64,000 bases of DNA from Octopus sinensis (taxonomy: Eukaryota), in contig NC_043016.1 in NCBI RefSeq assembly GCF_006345805.1, positions 21,204,001 to 21,268,000 on the forward strand, read 5' to 3'. Shown piece by piece: positions 13,940-27,100 of the stretch (its first letter is position 1; every line of letters begins with the position of its first letter). Position numbers and translations under genes: made by a program. The notes under the pieces were generated by a model that was not told the DNA's origin, made no database searches, and was given only the letters and a program-made list of their open reading frames with translations.

Positions 13940-16900
13940 AAGAGTCATAAAGTTTCATCAATTGTTAGGTTTTGAAGTTTTCACTACCACTCTAACCAAC
14001 ATTACCCTATGATTTTTTCTTCAGGTAATGCTTGAAATATTGAGCATTCATGCAAAAACTGTACCCCATGACTATCATTTCAATTATCACTTTTTGAACA
14101 ACTGACCACCATCCCCCCCCCCCCCCCAAAAAAAAAAAACAGTATCCTCTCCTATTGTTACTGCTTGAAGAATTCACCACATCCATTAACAGAGTATCCT
14201 GTGAGTATCACTTCAATTGTCAAGCTTTTGATGTTTTGAATCATTTCAAGAAAACAATAGCCCATGATTATCACTTAGTTACTTTTTGAACTATTGACCA
14301 CTCCTCTATAAACTGTACTGCATGACTACCACTTCAACAGTTACATTTTGAATGACTAAACACCCCTCTACAAACAGTACCCCTCCACTATCACTTCAAT
14401 TTTCAGTTTCTGAACTATTGGTAACCCCTCCAAAGGTAGTACCATATGGCTACCCCTTTAATTGTACCTTTTGAATTCTTGAACTATTGACTATCCCTCT
14501 GCAAACAGTACTGGATGACTATCGTTTCAATTGTTACTTTATGAAATACTGACCATTCCTCCAAAATCAGTATCCATGTTGCTGTGATTTCTTTTCATCC
14601 TTCATATTTCTTAGCAATTTTGAACTTTCTGCTGATACCTCTTACTGTTTTTTATTTATTCCTTAAATATTTTTTGTATTCTTCTATATTTTGTTTACCA
14701 TATTACTACCTTTCAATCTGTTTAACTGCTGTTATTCATTTCAAATGTTGTCAGGATTACATATTATTTTCTTAATCATTCCTTCTTTCTTTTCCCTCTT
14801 TCCTTCTTTTATTTTCCTTTATATTTTCTTTTTTCTTTTCTTTCCTCTTTTTCTTCTTTTATCATAGATTTTCTCCATCATCATACCCTATCACAATAAA
14901 CTACATAGAGATGTGCAAACTTCCTGTCATAGCCTGCCTGAAGATCCTGTACAAGTGAAACTCAGAGTAGCAAGAAATTGACTCAACCGAAATAAAATAT
15001 ATATTATATATGCATAGATGCAACTGTGACTGTGTGGTAAGAAGCTTGCTTCCCAACCATGTAGTCTTGGGTTCAGTCCCACTGATTGTCACTTTAGGCA
15101 AGTGTTTTCTATTATAGCTTAGAGTTGACTAAAGCCTTCTGAGTGTATTTGGTAGACAGAAACTGAAAGAATCCCATCAAATATATATATATACTTATGA
15201 TACAGCTAACACAGTAACAATGCTGATAAATGGAGTCTGGACTACCTTATATGCAAATAAATATGATCAATGCTCATGCAGAGAAAAATCAAAATGTCCT
15301 TTGATGAATCCCTGATGAATACAAACCTTGTATATAAATGTACCGTGCACACAAGGGGAGGCCCATATGTTTACATTGGGCAGATGGCTGATTCATTTAA
15401 GAATTATTATCATAACTATGTTGCCAGCTTTAAGACAATCAATAAGAGACATTCAACATCTTTGGCAGATTTTGTATCGTGACTGAAATGAGGGCAAAAT
15501 GAAGTACAGCATTAATTGGTCCATAGTAATACCGTCTCTGCTCTGAGGAATCCCTGTCTATTCTGTGGACTAACAAGAAAATCATTAATAGAATTTCTGA
15601 ACAACTCTCGAGATGCCTATACGCATATAAATGTACATTCACACAATGCAGTGAGAATGAATTTTGAGTAACCATTAACTTAATTTAATTTACTTTAAAG
15701 TATGGATGACTTAAGTTTACTTATAACCTCCCCATTCTTATAAACACGAAGTAGATAGCTAACTCGTTTTGTGATCATGAGTGCACCAAACCTCATGTGT
15801 GCGTATACTCACATTTTGCAGCTTGCTCGAGGGCATTTATACATCCATATCTGTAAACGGTAATTATTTATAATTTTCTCGCTGTATTGCGTGTTCATTT
15901 CTCTTTTTGCCATTCGTGATTTTATTTTTGATCTTCTATATAAATGAAGATATTTCCTCTGTTTGGCTGCTTTTCTTTCTACAAAACGGAAAGTTACACT
16001 GCAGAACAGTAATTTTAATGAGTTGTATTTATTTATCACCTGACAAGATACATCTGCACCACCGGATGCTCCTCAACCTGTTGTTGTGTGTCCCACCCAT
16101 GAGGAATCGATGCTAGATGTATTGAAACAATTGTTGTAATTAAAAATAAATTCTCGTATATTCCATCATCCATCTTTCATTTCCCATATCATCATCATTG
16201 TTTAACATCCGTTTTCCATGCTGGCATGGGTTGGACAGTTTGACTGGGGACTGACAAGCCAGGTCACAACTGGCTCCAATCTGATCTGGCAATGTTTCTA
16301 CAGCTGGATGCCCTTCCTAATGCCAACCATTCCGAGAGTGTAGTGGGTACTTCTTATGTGCCACCGGCACGGGAGCCAGTCAGGCGGCACTGGCATCAGT
16401 CATGTTCCGATGCTGCTTTTTACATGCTACCGGTATGGGGGAGGGTGGGAGGGGATGGCATCGACCAAATTCAGATGGTGCTTTTTGAGTGCCACCAGCA
16501 TGGGGAGCCAGTTAGGCGAGACTGGCAACAACACATGCATGAATGGTGCTTGTGTGCCACCAGCATGAGCGCCAGTCAGGCAGCACTGGCATTGACCACA
16601 ACTACAATTTCCATTCTTGATTGTGATTTTGGTTGACTCAATAGGTCTCCTCAAGCATGGCATGTCGCCCAATGATTCAAACGTACTTTTTAAATAGGCT
16701 GGTTATGCGACACTGGTATAGGCTACAGCTGTGATCACACTTTACTTGCAGGGTCTTCTCAATCACAGTGTATCTCCAGAGGTCTCGGTCTCATGTCATT
16801 ACCTCTGTGAGGCCCAACATTCGAAGGTCATGCTTCACCATCTCATCCCGTGTCTTCTTGGGTCTCCCTCTTCCATGGGTTCTTTCCAATGTTAGGGAGT

Positions 16901-19900
16901 GACACTTCTTCACAAAGCTCTCCTCATCCATACACAGTACATGACCATATCAGCACAGTTGTCACTCTTGTACACGATATCCAATGCTTCTTGTGTCCAA
17001 CATTTTTCTCAGGACACTGTGTTGTGTGTGCACACTGACATTACACATCTAGTGGATCATGCTAGCTTCATTTCTTTCAAGCCTATCCATGTCTTCAGCA
17101 GTCATGGCTCATGTTTTACTGCCGTGTAGCATGGCTGTTCACACATGCATCATACAGTCTACCTTTCACTTTGAGTGAGAGGCCCTTTGTCACTGAGCAT
17201 CTTCGGTGTTTATAGCCCCTGTGCATCTGCCACACACAAAAGATATCATCCTGGTTAACCATCCTTTGATGTTGCTGCACCTTTTATGCATCCAGAGCTT
17301 ATACTGGCTACATTTTATGGAGTTTCTACCAACACCTTTTCTACAGATCAAGCAGGGCCATCTACCTGAAGGTTTTGTGATTTGTTCACCTTCTTACTTA
17401 CTAGGACTTTGGTTTTTGCAACACTGATGCTAAGGCCCTTCAATTCTAAACCTTGCTTCCACACCTGAAATTTCTTCTCTAGTTCAAGTAGTGATTTTGC
17501 TATGAGAGCAAGACATCAGCATAGAGGAACTCCCAGGGGCAGCCTGTCTTGAATTCCTGCTATTGCCTAGAGGACTATGATGAATAAGAGGGGCTCAGGG
17601 CTGATCCTAGGTGAAGCCCTACTTCTACCCGGAATTCTTCACTATACTCATTGCTGACCCTTACCTTACTGACAGCATCCCTGTACAGCTCTTATTAACC
17701 ACTTGTCTAGCCCTAGTTTCCACATCACCCACCAGATAAGTCAACAAAAGCCAAGTATAGGAGTTTATCTTTGGCTAGGTATTTCTCCTGCAGTTGTCTT
17801 ACCAGGAATATAGCCTCAGTGGTGCATCTACCAGGCACAAAATCAAACTGCATCTCATCTAGACTGACTCTCTTCCTAATTAGTTGGGCTATGACCATCT
17901 CCTTGACCTTCATCACCTGATCCAGCAGTTTGATACCCCTGTACCCCTGTAGTTATTTCTATCTAAAGCATCACCTTTATCTTTGAAGCAACTGACTATG
18001 GTGCTGCTATACTAATCATTGGGTATGACTCCTTCGTGAACTACCTGGTTTACAATACGGGTGACTAGACCATAACTCATACCACCAGATATTTTAAGCA
18101 TCTCAGCAGTGATTCCTGATGGGCTGGGAGCTTTTCCTGACTTCATATCCTTAATTGCTTTATCTACCAGGGTGCTATCGATTCGGGTAGCTGGTCCCTC
18201 AACTCGGTCAACATTTGGCAGGCTCTCCTCTTCCCATTCATTCTCCACATTCGGCAGTCTTTCATAATGGCCTTTCCAAGCCTCTTTCTTTGCAGAATCA
18301 TTAAAAGCAAGTGCACCATTATCCATGCGGGCACATTTCTCTCCTGTGACATCACAATTTTCTCTCACACACTGTCTTGCAATCCGAAATACTTCAGTTT
18401 TTTGGTCCTCACTTCTTTTCTGCTTCTCCCTTGGCTATGTATACCTGTCTCCCAGCTTCCTTTCTGGCTATCTGGTACAGCTCCCTGCTACCCCCACTCT
18501 TCCAGGCTTTCCAGGCCTTTTTCTTTAATCTAATGGCCTTGTCTACTGTATTATTCCACCATCACATTACTCTAGGTCTGGAAGAGACTTTGCACCAGCC
18601 ACAGATTTGGTCTGTAGCACTCATTAAGCTGTCCTGTAGGAATTTCCAGTTACCCTCTATGTCCCAAGTCTGTAACTCCTCCTCCCTCTCATCAAATTTC
18701 TCAATGATGATGTCCCTAAATCTCTGACCATGTGAAGGGTTCTTTAGCTTCCAAATCCATCTTTTCTGGATTGGCATCCTTCTGGCCTTGAGTCTAAAGT
18801 CACTAATGACTAGTCTATGCTGAGGGGTACATTCTTCACCAGGGAGGGTCTTTGTATTTAAGAGCAACCTTGTATCCTGCTGACTGGTGAGGATGAAATT
18901 AATCTGGCTTGCAGAGTTGCCTTATGTGTGTGTGTCTGCATGCACATGCGTGTATCTTTATGTTTGTCCTACAACACTGCTTAGGGGGATTTGTTCGGCA
19001 AAAGCCTTTCAAGGCCGTATCCCAGAATGCCTGTAGTCCCAAAATTTTAATAGTCAATCTCTATAAGAGAATGCAATAAATTGTGCTCTTGATGATCAAT
19101 TTTAGTTAAGCAAACAAATGTACATCTAACACTGAGTTCCAAATGGTGAAACATACATATGGACTAAATATGAATTTCGATGTTCAGCTTAATTTTCCCC
19201 AATATGTATATACATACACATTAATGCACACACACACACATACATACCAAAAGACACATACACACATGTCTGGTTTCAAGCAATTCAAGGAAACTGGTAA
19301 TGGTAGATTAATTGGAGCACTTACTAAGAAGTTTATCTAATTTACAATCAAAGCAGGAAGATTTTGTGACAATAATATTTAAGATACGTTGTTAAATTTT
19401 ATTCCTGCTTAGCAACCAAAAATATCACAACAGTCCTTAAAAATTATATGGAATTTAGAAATGGTCAGTTACTATTTTTATAAGGATTCATAAAAGATGC
19501 ATTTTACATGTGTGGGTTACATCCATACTGTTTCATGATGGTGAATTGTGGGTAATGAAAGAACATAGCCTACTGCAGTTTAGTAAAAACTAAATGAGTG
19601 CATTGTGATTATCACAACTGCTCTGTGCTTCTAGTTTTGATATGATACTATAGATCATATATATCATGTAAAAAATGTTATTCATATTGTACTTTCACAT
19701 TTTGAGTTATCTGAATCTATAAACTGAAATAGAATTCGAATTATCACTATATTTAAAAGGGGGTGAGACAGATGTAGAAGAAAAGAAACAACAATTACAA
19801 AATATAAAGAGCATCGTTATATTAGCAAACCAACATTGGGAACTAAACAAGGATTTGAGAAATTTAGAATTCAAAAGCAGTAAAAGCCTGGGAGGGTTAA

Positions 19901-22900
19901 AAAAAAGTTAAGTAAAGACAAGTAAGGAAAAGCAAACAAGAATACGCTATTGAAGATTCAAATGAAACTAATTTACATTTATATGCAATCTTTTTTTATG
20001 CTTCATCAGAATTTCAAAGTAATCAACTGAGTGTTGTACTAGTTTTGATGGTATTAATACAATTTTTCATTCAAGATTGTTTACACATGTGTACCAGTGT
20101 CATCCACTCATAGCACCTCAAGTGTATATCCTACTATCTTAAGATAGTTCCAGAAAGTGGTGCCTTCTTTTCTTAACTTTTGTCATAGACATTGACAAAT
20201 GTTTCACATTTTCTTTTATAGGATTTAGCGACATTGCTCATAATTTCTTTCAAAGTTATTAATATCTGGTGGCACTGCTCCTCACAAGAATATTGTAACT
20301 GTTGGGGTTTCATTACATTTATATTGCAAATCACACTAAGATGATGATTTGTTTGGTATTCTTAGCCAATTATAGACTCTTGCATAAAGAAGATTGAGAA
20401 GGCATAAATAACATTAGTAGATTTAAGAGGCATCCAGCACTTTGTTGACTCTGGAGAGAATGTTGTCCTCAGTGAGATTTGAACTCAGAATGTAAAGAAT
20501 GAAGTCTGTAAGGCATTTTGTCTGATGCTCAAATAATTCTGCCAATTTACAAATTAATGTCTGTGTTAATATATCATATTATAAATAAATAATACATAGC
20601 AGTGAAATATCGACAACATTTTTGTAAGGTAGCAATATAGAATAAGTCGACTGGCAGAAATATTTCTTTATAAGAATCATGAATATTTCATATTTTTATC
20701 TGGTTAGCAAGATTCTTTATGTGAGTTCATGTGTTAATAACTCTCCCTAGGCACAACAAAATATAATTAATATCATTTTAAGATGAACAATGAATTAGAA
20801 CACATGCATATATCTAACTTTTGGACCTATTGCCTAAAAATTTTCCCTTCTATTTATAGTAAAATACAGAATTAAAACTTTTGTGATAATTTTCTACTTC
20901 GTTTTAAGTTAGAATTATATTCATTTCAGCTAGCATAGTGTTACAAATTTAAAGCAACTTAATATTAATATTAATATAATATTGAACATAGGCTTCAAAG
21001 GAAATGATAAAATTAGATATCTTATTGATAATTTTAAGTAAATTATATAAAAGATAAATTTACAAAAACTAAAGAATGTGTGTGTTTATTTGAATAAATA
21101 TGAGGTGGTATCAAAAAGTTCAATTATGTTTAATAAAAAATAACTTATTTACCAAAATAATGAATTATTAGTGCTAATCAGTGTTTATGTATGAGCAGAA
21201 TTAGGTAAGTTACCTAATTCTAATTATACATAAACCCTGCATAGCACTAATAATTCGTTATTTTCCTTTAATCAGGCGATCAACTAGTGCAAATCAGTCA
21301 ACATTGATTGAACTATGCATAAAGCTGTAGCTTTATAAGTCCGTTTAGAGTTGCCTCTCTTAGGTACATCTCATCAAAAATAGCCAATAAGCTTGAAACA
21401 CTGATGTCTGAGATTACTAATAGAAGGGGATACTGAACGGACTGGGTGTTTTTACACCTTTTTACCATAAGAGAGATTTTTTTTCTCCATGCTATCTGCT
21501 GTATATTTGCCTTTTAGCAGTTGAAATGTGTGATGAACATATTTCAACTTTCCTAATTCTGCTTATTTACCAAAGTTTTAACTTCACCTCCTTCAAAATA
21601 TTCATCTTGCACAGCAATACAACAGTCCCAGCATTCCTGCCACTTTTGGAAACTGGCCTGGAAGTCATTTTCCATAAGCAAGTTGACATTCTTGGACTAG
21701 TTATGTTTAATAAAAAATAACTTATTTAGTTAAATTTTAACATCATCTCTTTTGAAATAATCACCTTGCACAGCAATACACTGGCCTCGGCATCCTTGCC
21801 AATTTTGGAATCCAGCCCAAAAGTTGCTTTTCGTAAGTGAGTTGATGAATTTCTGCAACCTTTCAGCTGCATTTTCATCTTGAGGAAGAGATGGAATCCA
21901 TAGGTGCTAAATCTGACAAGTAGGACAGGTACGGAAGCGATACCATGTTGTATCTGGTGAGAAACTCACAAGTCGGGAGAGCTCAGTGATAGAATGCATT
22001 GTTGTTGAGAAGAATCCAATTCTTTGCACTCCACAGATCTGATCACTTTTGCCAAATGTTTTCCTTCAAATGCTTCAAAACATTACAGTAGAACTCTCAG
22101 GTCCAAGGGGATGAATTCACAATGCACAATGCCACAGACATTGACAAACTTGGCATGGTCAATTCAGCCATTAGGATTGCCTGCATGAACCCATACAACA
22201 AATCAACAACATCAGCAATGTTGATTGTCCTCCAACAATCCCCATGCACAAGCCAATGAATTTTCTCCACTTCTGCAGGGGAAGACACTCATGGCATATC
22301 TTCCATGGACATTCTTCCATTTTTGAAGTACCCATGCCATTCAAAACAATGAGTACAACCCATTGTCTCGTTGGTGTAAGCTTGCCGAAGCATGCTCACT
22401 GTCTCTGTAGCAGACTTCTCAGGATTAACATAAAACTCCATGTTGGTTCTTTGTTCCAATTTCTTATATATGCAAAATGTCAGACTACAGCATACATGTG
22501 ATCACAAAAACTCAAATTTTACAACTTGCAAAGTAAATACAGTGATGTCACTCAGCACACTGCTTCATGAAGGTCACTGCTAGCCCTCACTGTGCACACA
22601 ACTTTGTGTTGTCACCTGTTAGTGTGCTACATAATTAGTCCGGGAATTTTTTGATACCACCTTGTATACCTACATGCATATTTAAGCATATATACACAAT
22701 GTTCAATAATATGCATGGACTTAAATGAAAGTGCAAGGGTATCTTGAGAGTATGTATACATATGAAGGTGCAATAAAAAGTGTTATTTTGTGACCAAAGA
22801 AGTTGTTTTTGAGGGTAGCAAAATGGTCAAGTTGGTTGCTACAGCTTGTTTTCTATCAAAATATGTGAGTCTACGTGTCAATAGGAGCAAATGTGTTACA

Positions 22901-25900
22901 TATGTGTGAGTGCAGGAGAATATGTGTAATATACAAGTAACAGTAAAAAGAATATTTTTGTGCATATTGAAATTATTGTAAAAATAAAATCAAAGAATAA
23001 TGTATTAATAACATGGACATCCATTGGAGCTATATCATATGGTAATGAATTAAAACTTTAGTATTATTACAGCTGTTGCATTGTGTCTATGGGCAAAAGT
23101 CCACAGACACATTACTCTACTTGCATCAGATTCCTTGTTCATTTAATTGACAGATACCATTGCTATGTTATATTTGAATAAAATCTATAACTGTAAAAGC
23201 AACCATGTCAATAAAACCCATTCCATCCATTCTAATATAGAAAAAGCACAGATGTAAACTGTGAGCAGGAGTATCTCTTCTACAGATACCTTCAAAACAG
23301 TAAAGGATTTAATAATATTTAGAAAAGCATGCATGTATGCATGCACATGCCACTCCAGATATATGCATATATAATACAAATTGATGGCAATCATATTTTG
23401 GACAAATTATCCTTTGGTCTTAAATCATTTCTAGAAATATAAAATCTAATTTTTTGAAGTATTCATATCTTGTTTGAACGCCAACTTATTTTATTTTTGA
23501 TAATTTTTGAGTCAGACACAGTAAAGTTTTTAAATTAATAAATTTGTAAATATGTGCATTGTATTTTAAGATAGTTTAAAAATTGATGTTGGTGCATTAT
23601 TTTCCCTTATCGTTGTTTTCATTAAGTTACTGTAATTTTGCTCTTTGTTTATCTAAAAAAATCTTGATAAAACTGCCTCATTTCTTCAGTGATTGTTCAC
23701 TTTTATGCTGTTATACAAATTTAGTGTTTTGTGTTCCAAGTTTTATATGAGAGAGAGTGAGTGAGAAAGATACTAAGAACAACAGGAGAAAAATGGGGTG
23801 AGAAAAGGATAGGGCTTAGTGAACAAAAACGGATTTTAACAAGGAGAGAATACAAAAAAAAAAAAATGAACACAGAAACAAGCTTGTCATCTCTTAACAA
23901 GGATTAAATTCAGTGTGATAAACTACTTATTAAAATATTCATATAAAAGAAAAAAATTGTAGCACCTGTTCCCATTGGACAAGATTCTAGTAAAAAAGAA
24001 ATAAAAAGTACACATGAAATATTTGTTCATGAAATTCTAACACAAACATATTCACAAATGAATTTTCCAAGCAGCTTATCTTCTAGTATATTCAAACACA
24101 CACACAAACAAAATTGTCTTTCATATATTCCTAACAGAGTATCATCACAAACATCTAAAAATTAATTGAAGGAGCTGAATGTGTTATCCGAGAAAAAAAA
24201 ATCAGATCTGAACAAAAGTTAAATGGAAGAAATGATCTAGGCTTTAATAGAAAGGAGTGTGTGATATTGCAATTTAAAGATACCATGAAATTAAAATCAT
24301 TTAATAAGGCAATGATTAAACTACTATATGGTCACTCAACCTGCTACAAATTGCAGTCAATCTCCATTGTTACACACTATTTGTGGATAGAGCATGTAGT
24401 CCTGGATATACTACATCTATACTATAATGGAGAAAGCTGCTTATTAGTTAGTTTGGAGTAAGTAACTCTTACTAAAAGGAAGCAACTATTAAAGTCTACA
24501 TTGTCTAGAAAATTCCAATTTTAATACATTTTTAATCAAAATGTGGTCCAAATCTTGAAGATTTCAATTTCATGATTCAATCACAAAACAAGTTTTTATT
24601 CACTGTAACATAACGATTTTGCTTTGAAGTAGTATTTTTTAATGTCTCTGTGTATACTCAACATAACTATAGATGTGTGTCCCCCAACCTAACTTCATTT
24701 CCTCATAACTTTCTGAAAAACAAATATCTTTTAATGTAATTTTCTGCAAATATGTTTCAGATGTAATAATTTGTAGTAAAAAAATATAAGAATTTGTAGG
24801 AAAAAATGTTTTTGAGGAGGGGAAAAGAGGAGATTTAGATAATTCACATGTTTGAATTTTGTTTCCTTATAACTTTCTTTAAATGGAATTTTCTACAAAT
24901 ACTTTTCAGATGTTGTAGAAATGATTATGTTGGAATTCAATGTAAAAACAAATTCAAGAGGGGGATGATATTTTGTGCATCTTAACTTTGTTTCTTCATA
25001 TGTTTTGATGATGTAGATTTGAATTATGTTGAAAAAAAAGTTACTTTTGAGAACTATTCCTATCTTCCTTGAAAATTCTCTGAAAGAAATCTTTGTAGAA
25101 GGGTGAGTACAATGCTAACACTAAGTACTGAATACATATTTCTTTCATTATTTTAGCACAATCTCAATCACTCTTTTAAACAAACTTCATGATAGCCCAT
25201 CTTCTATGTAGTCATTTAGTTAGCTAGCAGGGATCTTATGAGTTTCAAGAGTAATTTTTTTTCCAATATAATTCTAATCTACATAATTAATCCAAACATA
25301 TAAAGAAACAAAGTTAAGATATGTGAAATATCTACCATCCCTCACAATTTTTTTACCATATTAAATTCTGATATAATTGCAATCTACACCAGCTGAAAGG
25401 ATTTGTAGAAAATTTCATAAAAAAACACCCATTTTTTCAGAAACTTGTGAGAAAACGAAGTTGGGAGGTGGGGCATATTTCTGTAATTATGTCCTAAATT
25501 TATCTACTGAGCGAGTGAGTACTATTAAATGAATAAAGGTCACACAAAAAAAAAAAAAATAGATGTAACACCAGAAAAATTACACAAATTGGGAATCGTG
25601 TAAATATTTAGCAACTAGTAGAAAATTGCCCAGATGGTGGTCTTTCACCTAATAAGAATAAAGAATAAAATGGTCACAGCTGGAATATTTTTGATTATAG
25701 ATCTGCTTAATTAGGGCTGACCCTGAGGTAAGCAACAACAAATTATTTTTAATATTATGACTGATATAAGACAGTGAGCTGGCAGAATTGTTAGCACACC
25801 AGGTAAAATGTTTAACAACATTTCATCTGTCTCCACGTTCTAAGTTCAAATTCTGCTAAGGTTGACTTTGCATTTCATCGTTTCAGGATCGATTAAATGA

Positions 25901-26974
25901 AATACCAATTGAACACTGGGGTTGATTTAATTAACTTAACCCTCCCCCAAAATTACAAGCCTTGTGCCAAAATGTGAAATCAATACCCTGACTGCCAGAA
26001 TCAATTATCAAACACTAACTTTTATTATACAAATTGAACTTGAATTTCTTTCAGTCTTTACATTCCTGATCAATTTTAGTACTCTATAATTATTAGAATA
26101 TACTCTTATTTATTCATTCAACATTTTCATAACCAGAGCAGAACTCAAAGGTTAATAACTGTTCACATGTAATTTCTTAAAGTACTTTCAAAAATAAAGC
26201 TTCAAACAATTACTCATTTCCTTGCTTTAAAAAAAGGAGTAATTTGAAAGTGTGTAATAAAAATGAGGACAGTTGAAACAATTTACACAGATTTACAATA
26301 AATTCTAGGGTTTCTAATTAACATTCTATAAAATAATTTGGAATTAATAAATATATATTCTTTTGACAATATATTTGTATAAGGAGGTATGTTGGTGGAA
26401 ATAGAAATGTAACAATCTTAATAGCTTAAAGTACTTAATTACAAACTTCTGTTTGCAATCCAAATCATGTTGGGAATAAATTTACCTTATATCCCTGTAA
26501 GGTGTCTTAGATAGGCACAAGTAAAATTATATAATCAACCAGACATTTTCCTTACAAAAGTTTTGTTGCATACCAAAGAAAGAAATGAATAAAATATATT
26601 CATAAAGAAAGTACAATTGGTAGGTATCCTCTATTTTCTGAAACCCCTAACTTGGTTAACTATATTAAGAAGAAAATACTTTAAGACACAATAGAGCACC
26701 TTACTATACATTAAAAGTGAGAAATCCCTTTGTAGCTACATGCAAAGGTAACAAGACACAACCCTTCACTAAAATAGCTGAAAAGAATCAACATAACTCC
26801 ATAAAAAAAAATACATGTTGAATAAAGACTGTGTAGAAACAAGTGAAGTAACTAACCCTGGGCTTTTACACTGAATCTGTTTCTGATTTCATCTATGAGT
26901 CTGTCATTAGCAAATTTCTCTTCATTGATTTGTGCCCAAAATGAGTTTTCATGAAAGTTTCTCACATTTACCTA

Positions 26975-27013
<39 letters not shown>

Positions 27014-27059
27014 AAATAATTACACAAACACAAATTTATTTCATCATATGAATGCAAGA

Positions 27060-27100
<41 letters not shown>

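Noticed and set aside
14030-14590. Regularly spaced repeats resembling a CRISPR array
   Set aside because: Eukaryotic intron; units are degenerate along their whole length, with no unique spacers and no cas genes.
19860-19940. Strong acceptor-like tract on the minus strand (AG at 19889-19888)
   Set aside because: It reads into a stop after five codons in the required phase, with no donor nearby; unsupported without RNA data.
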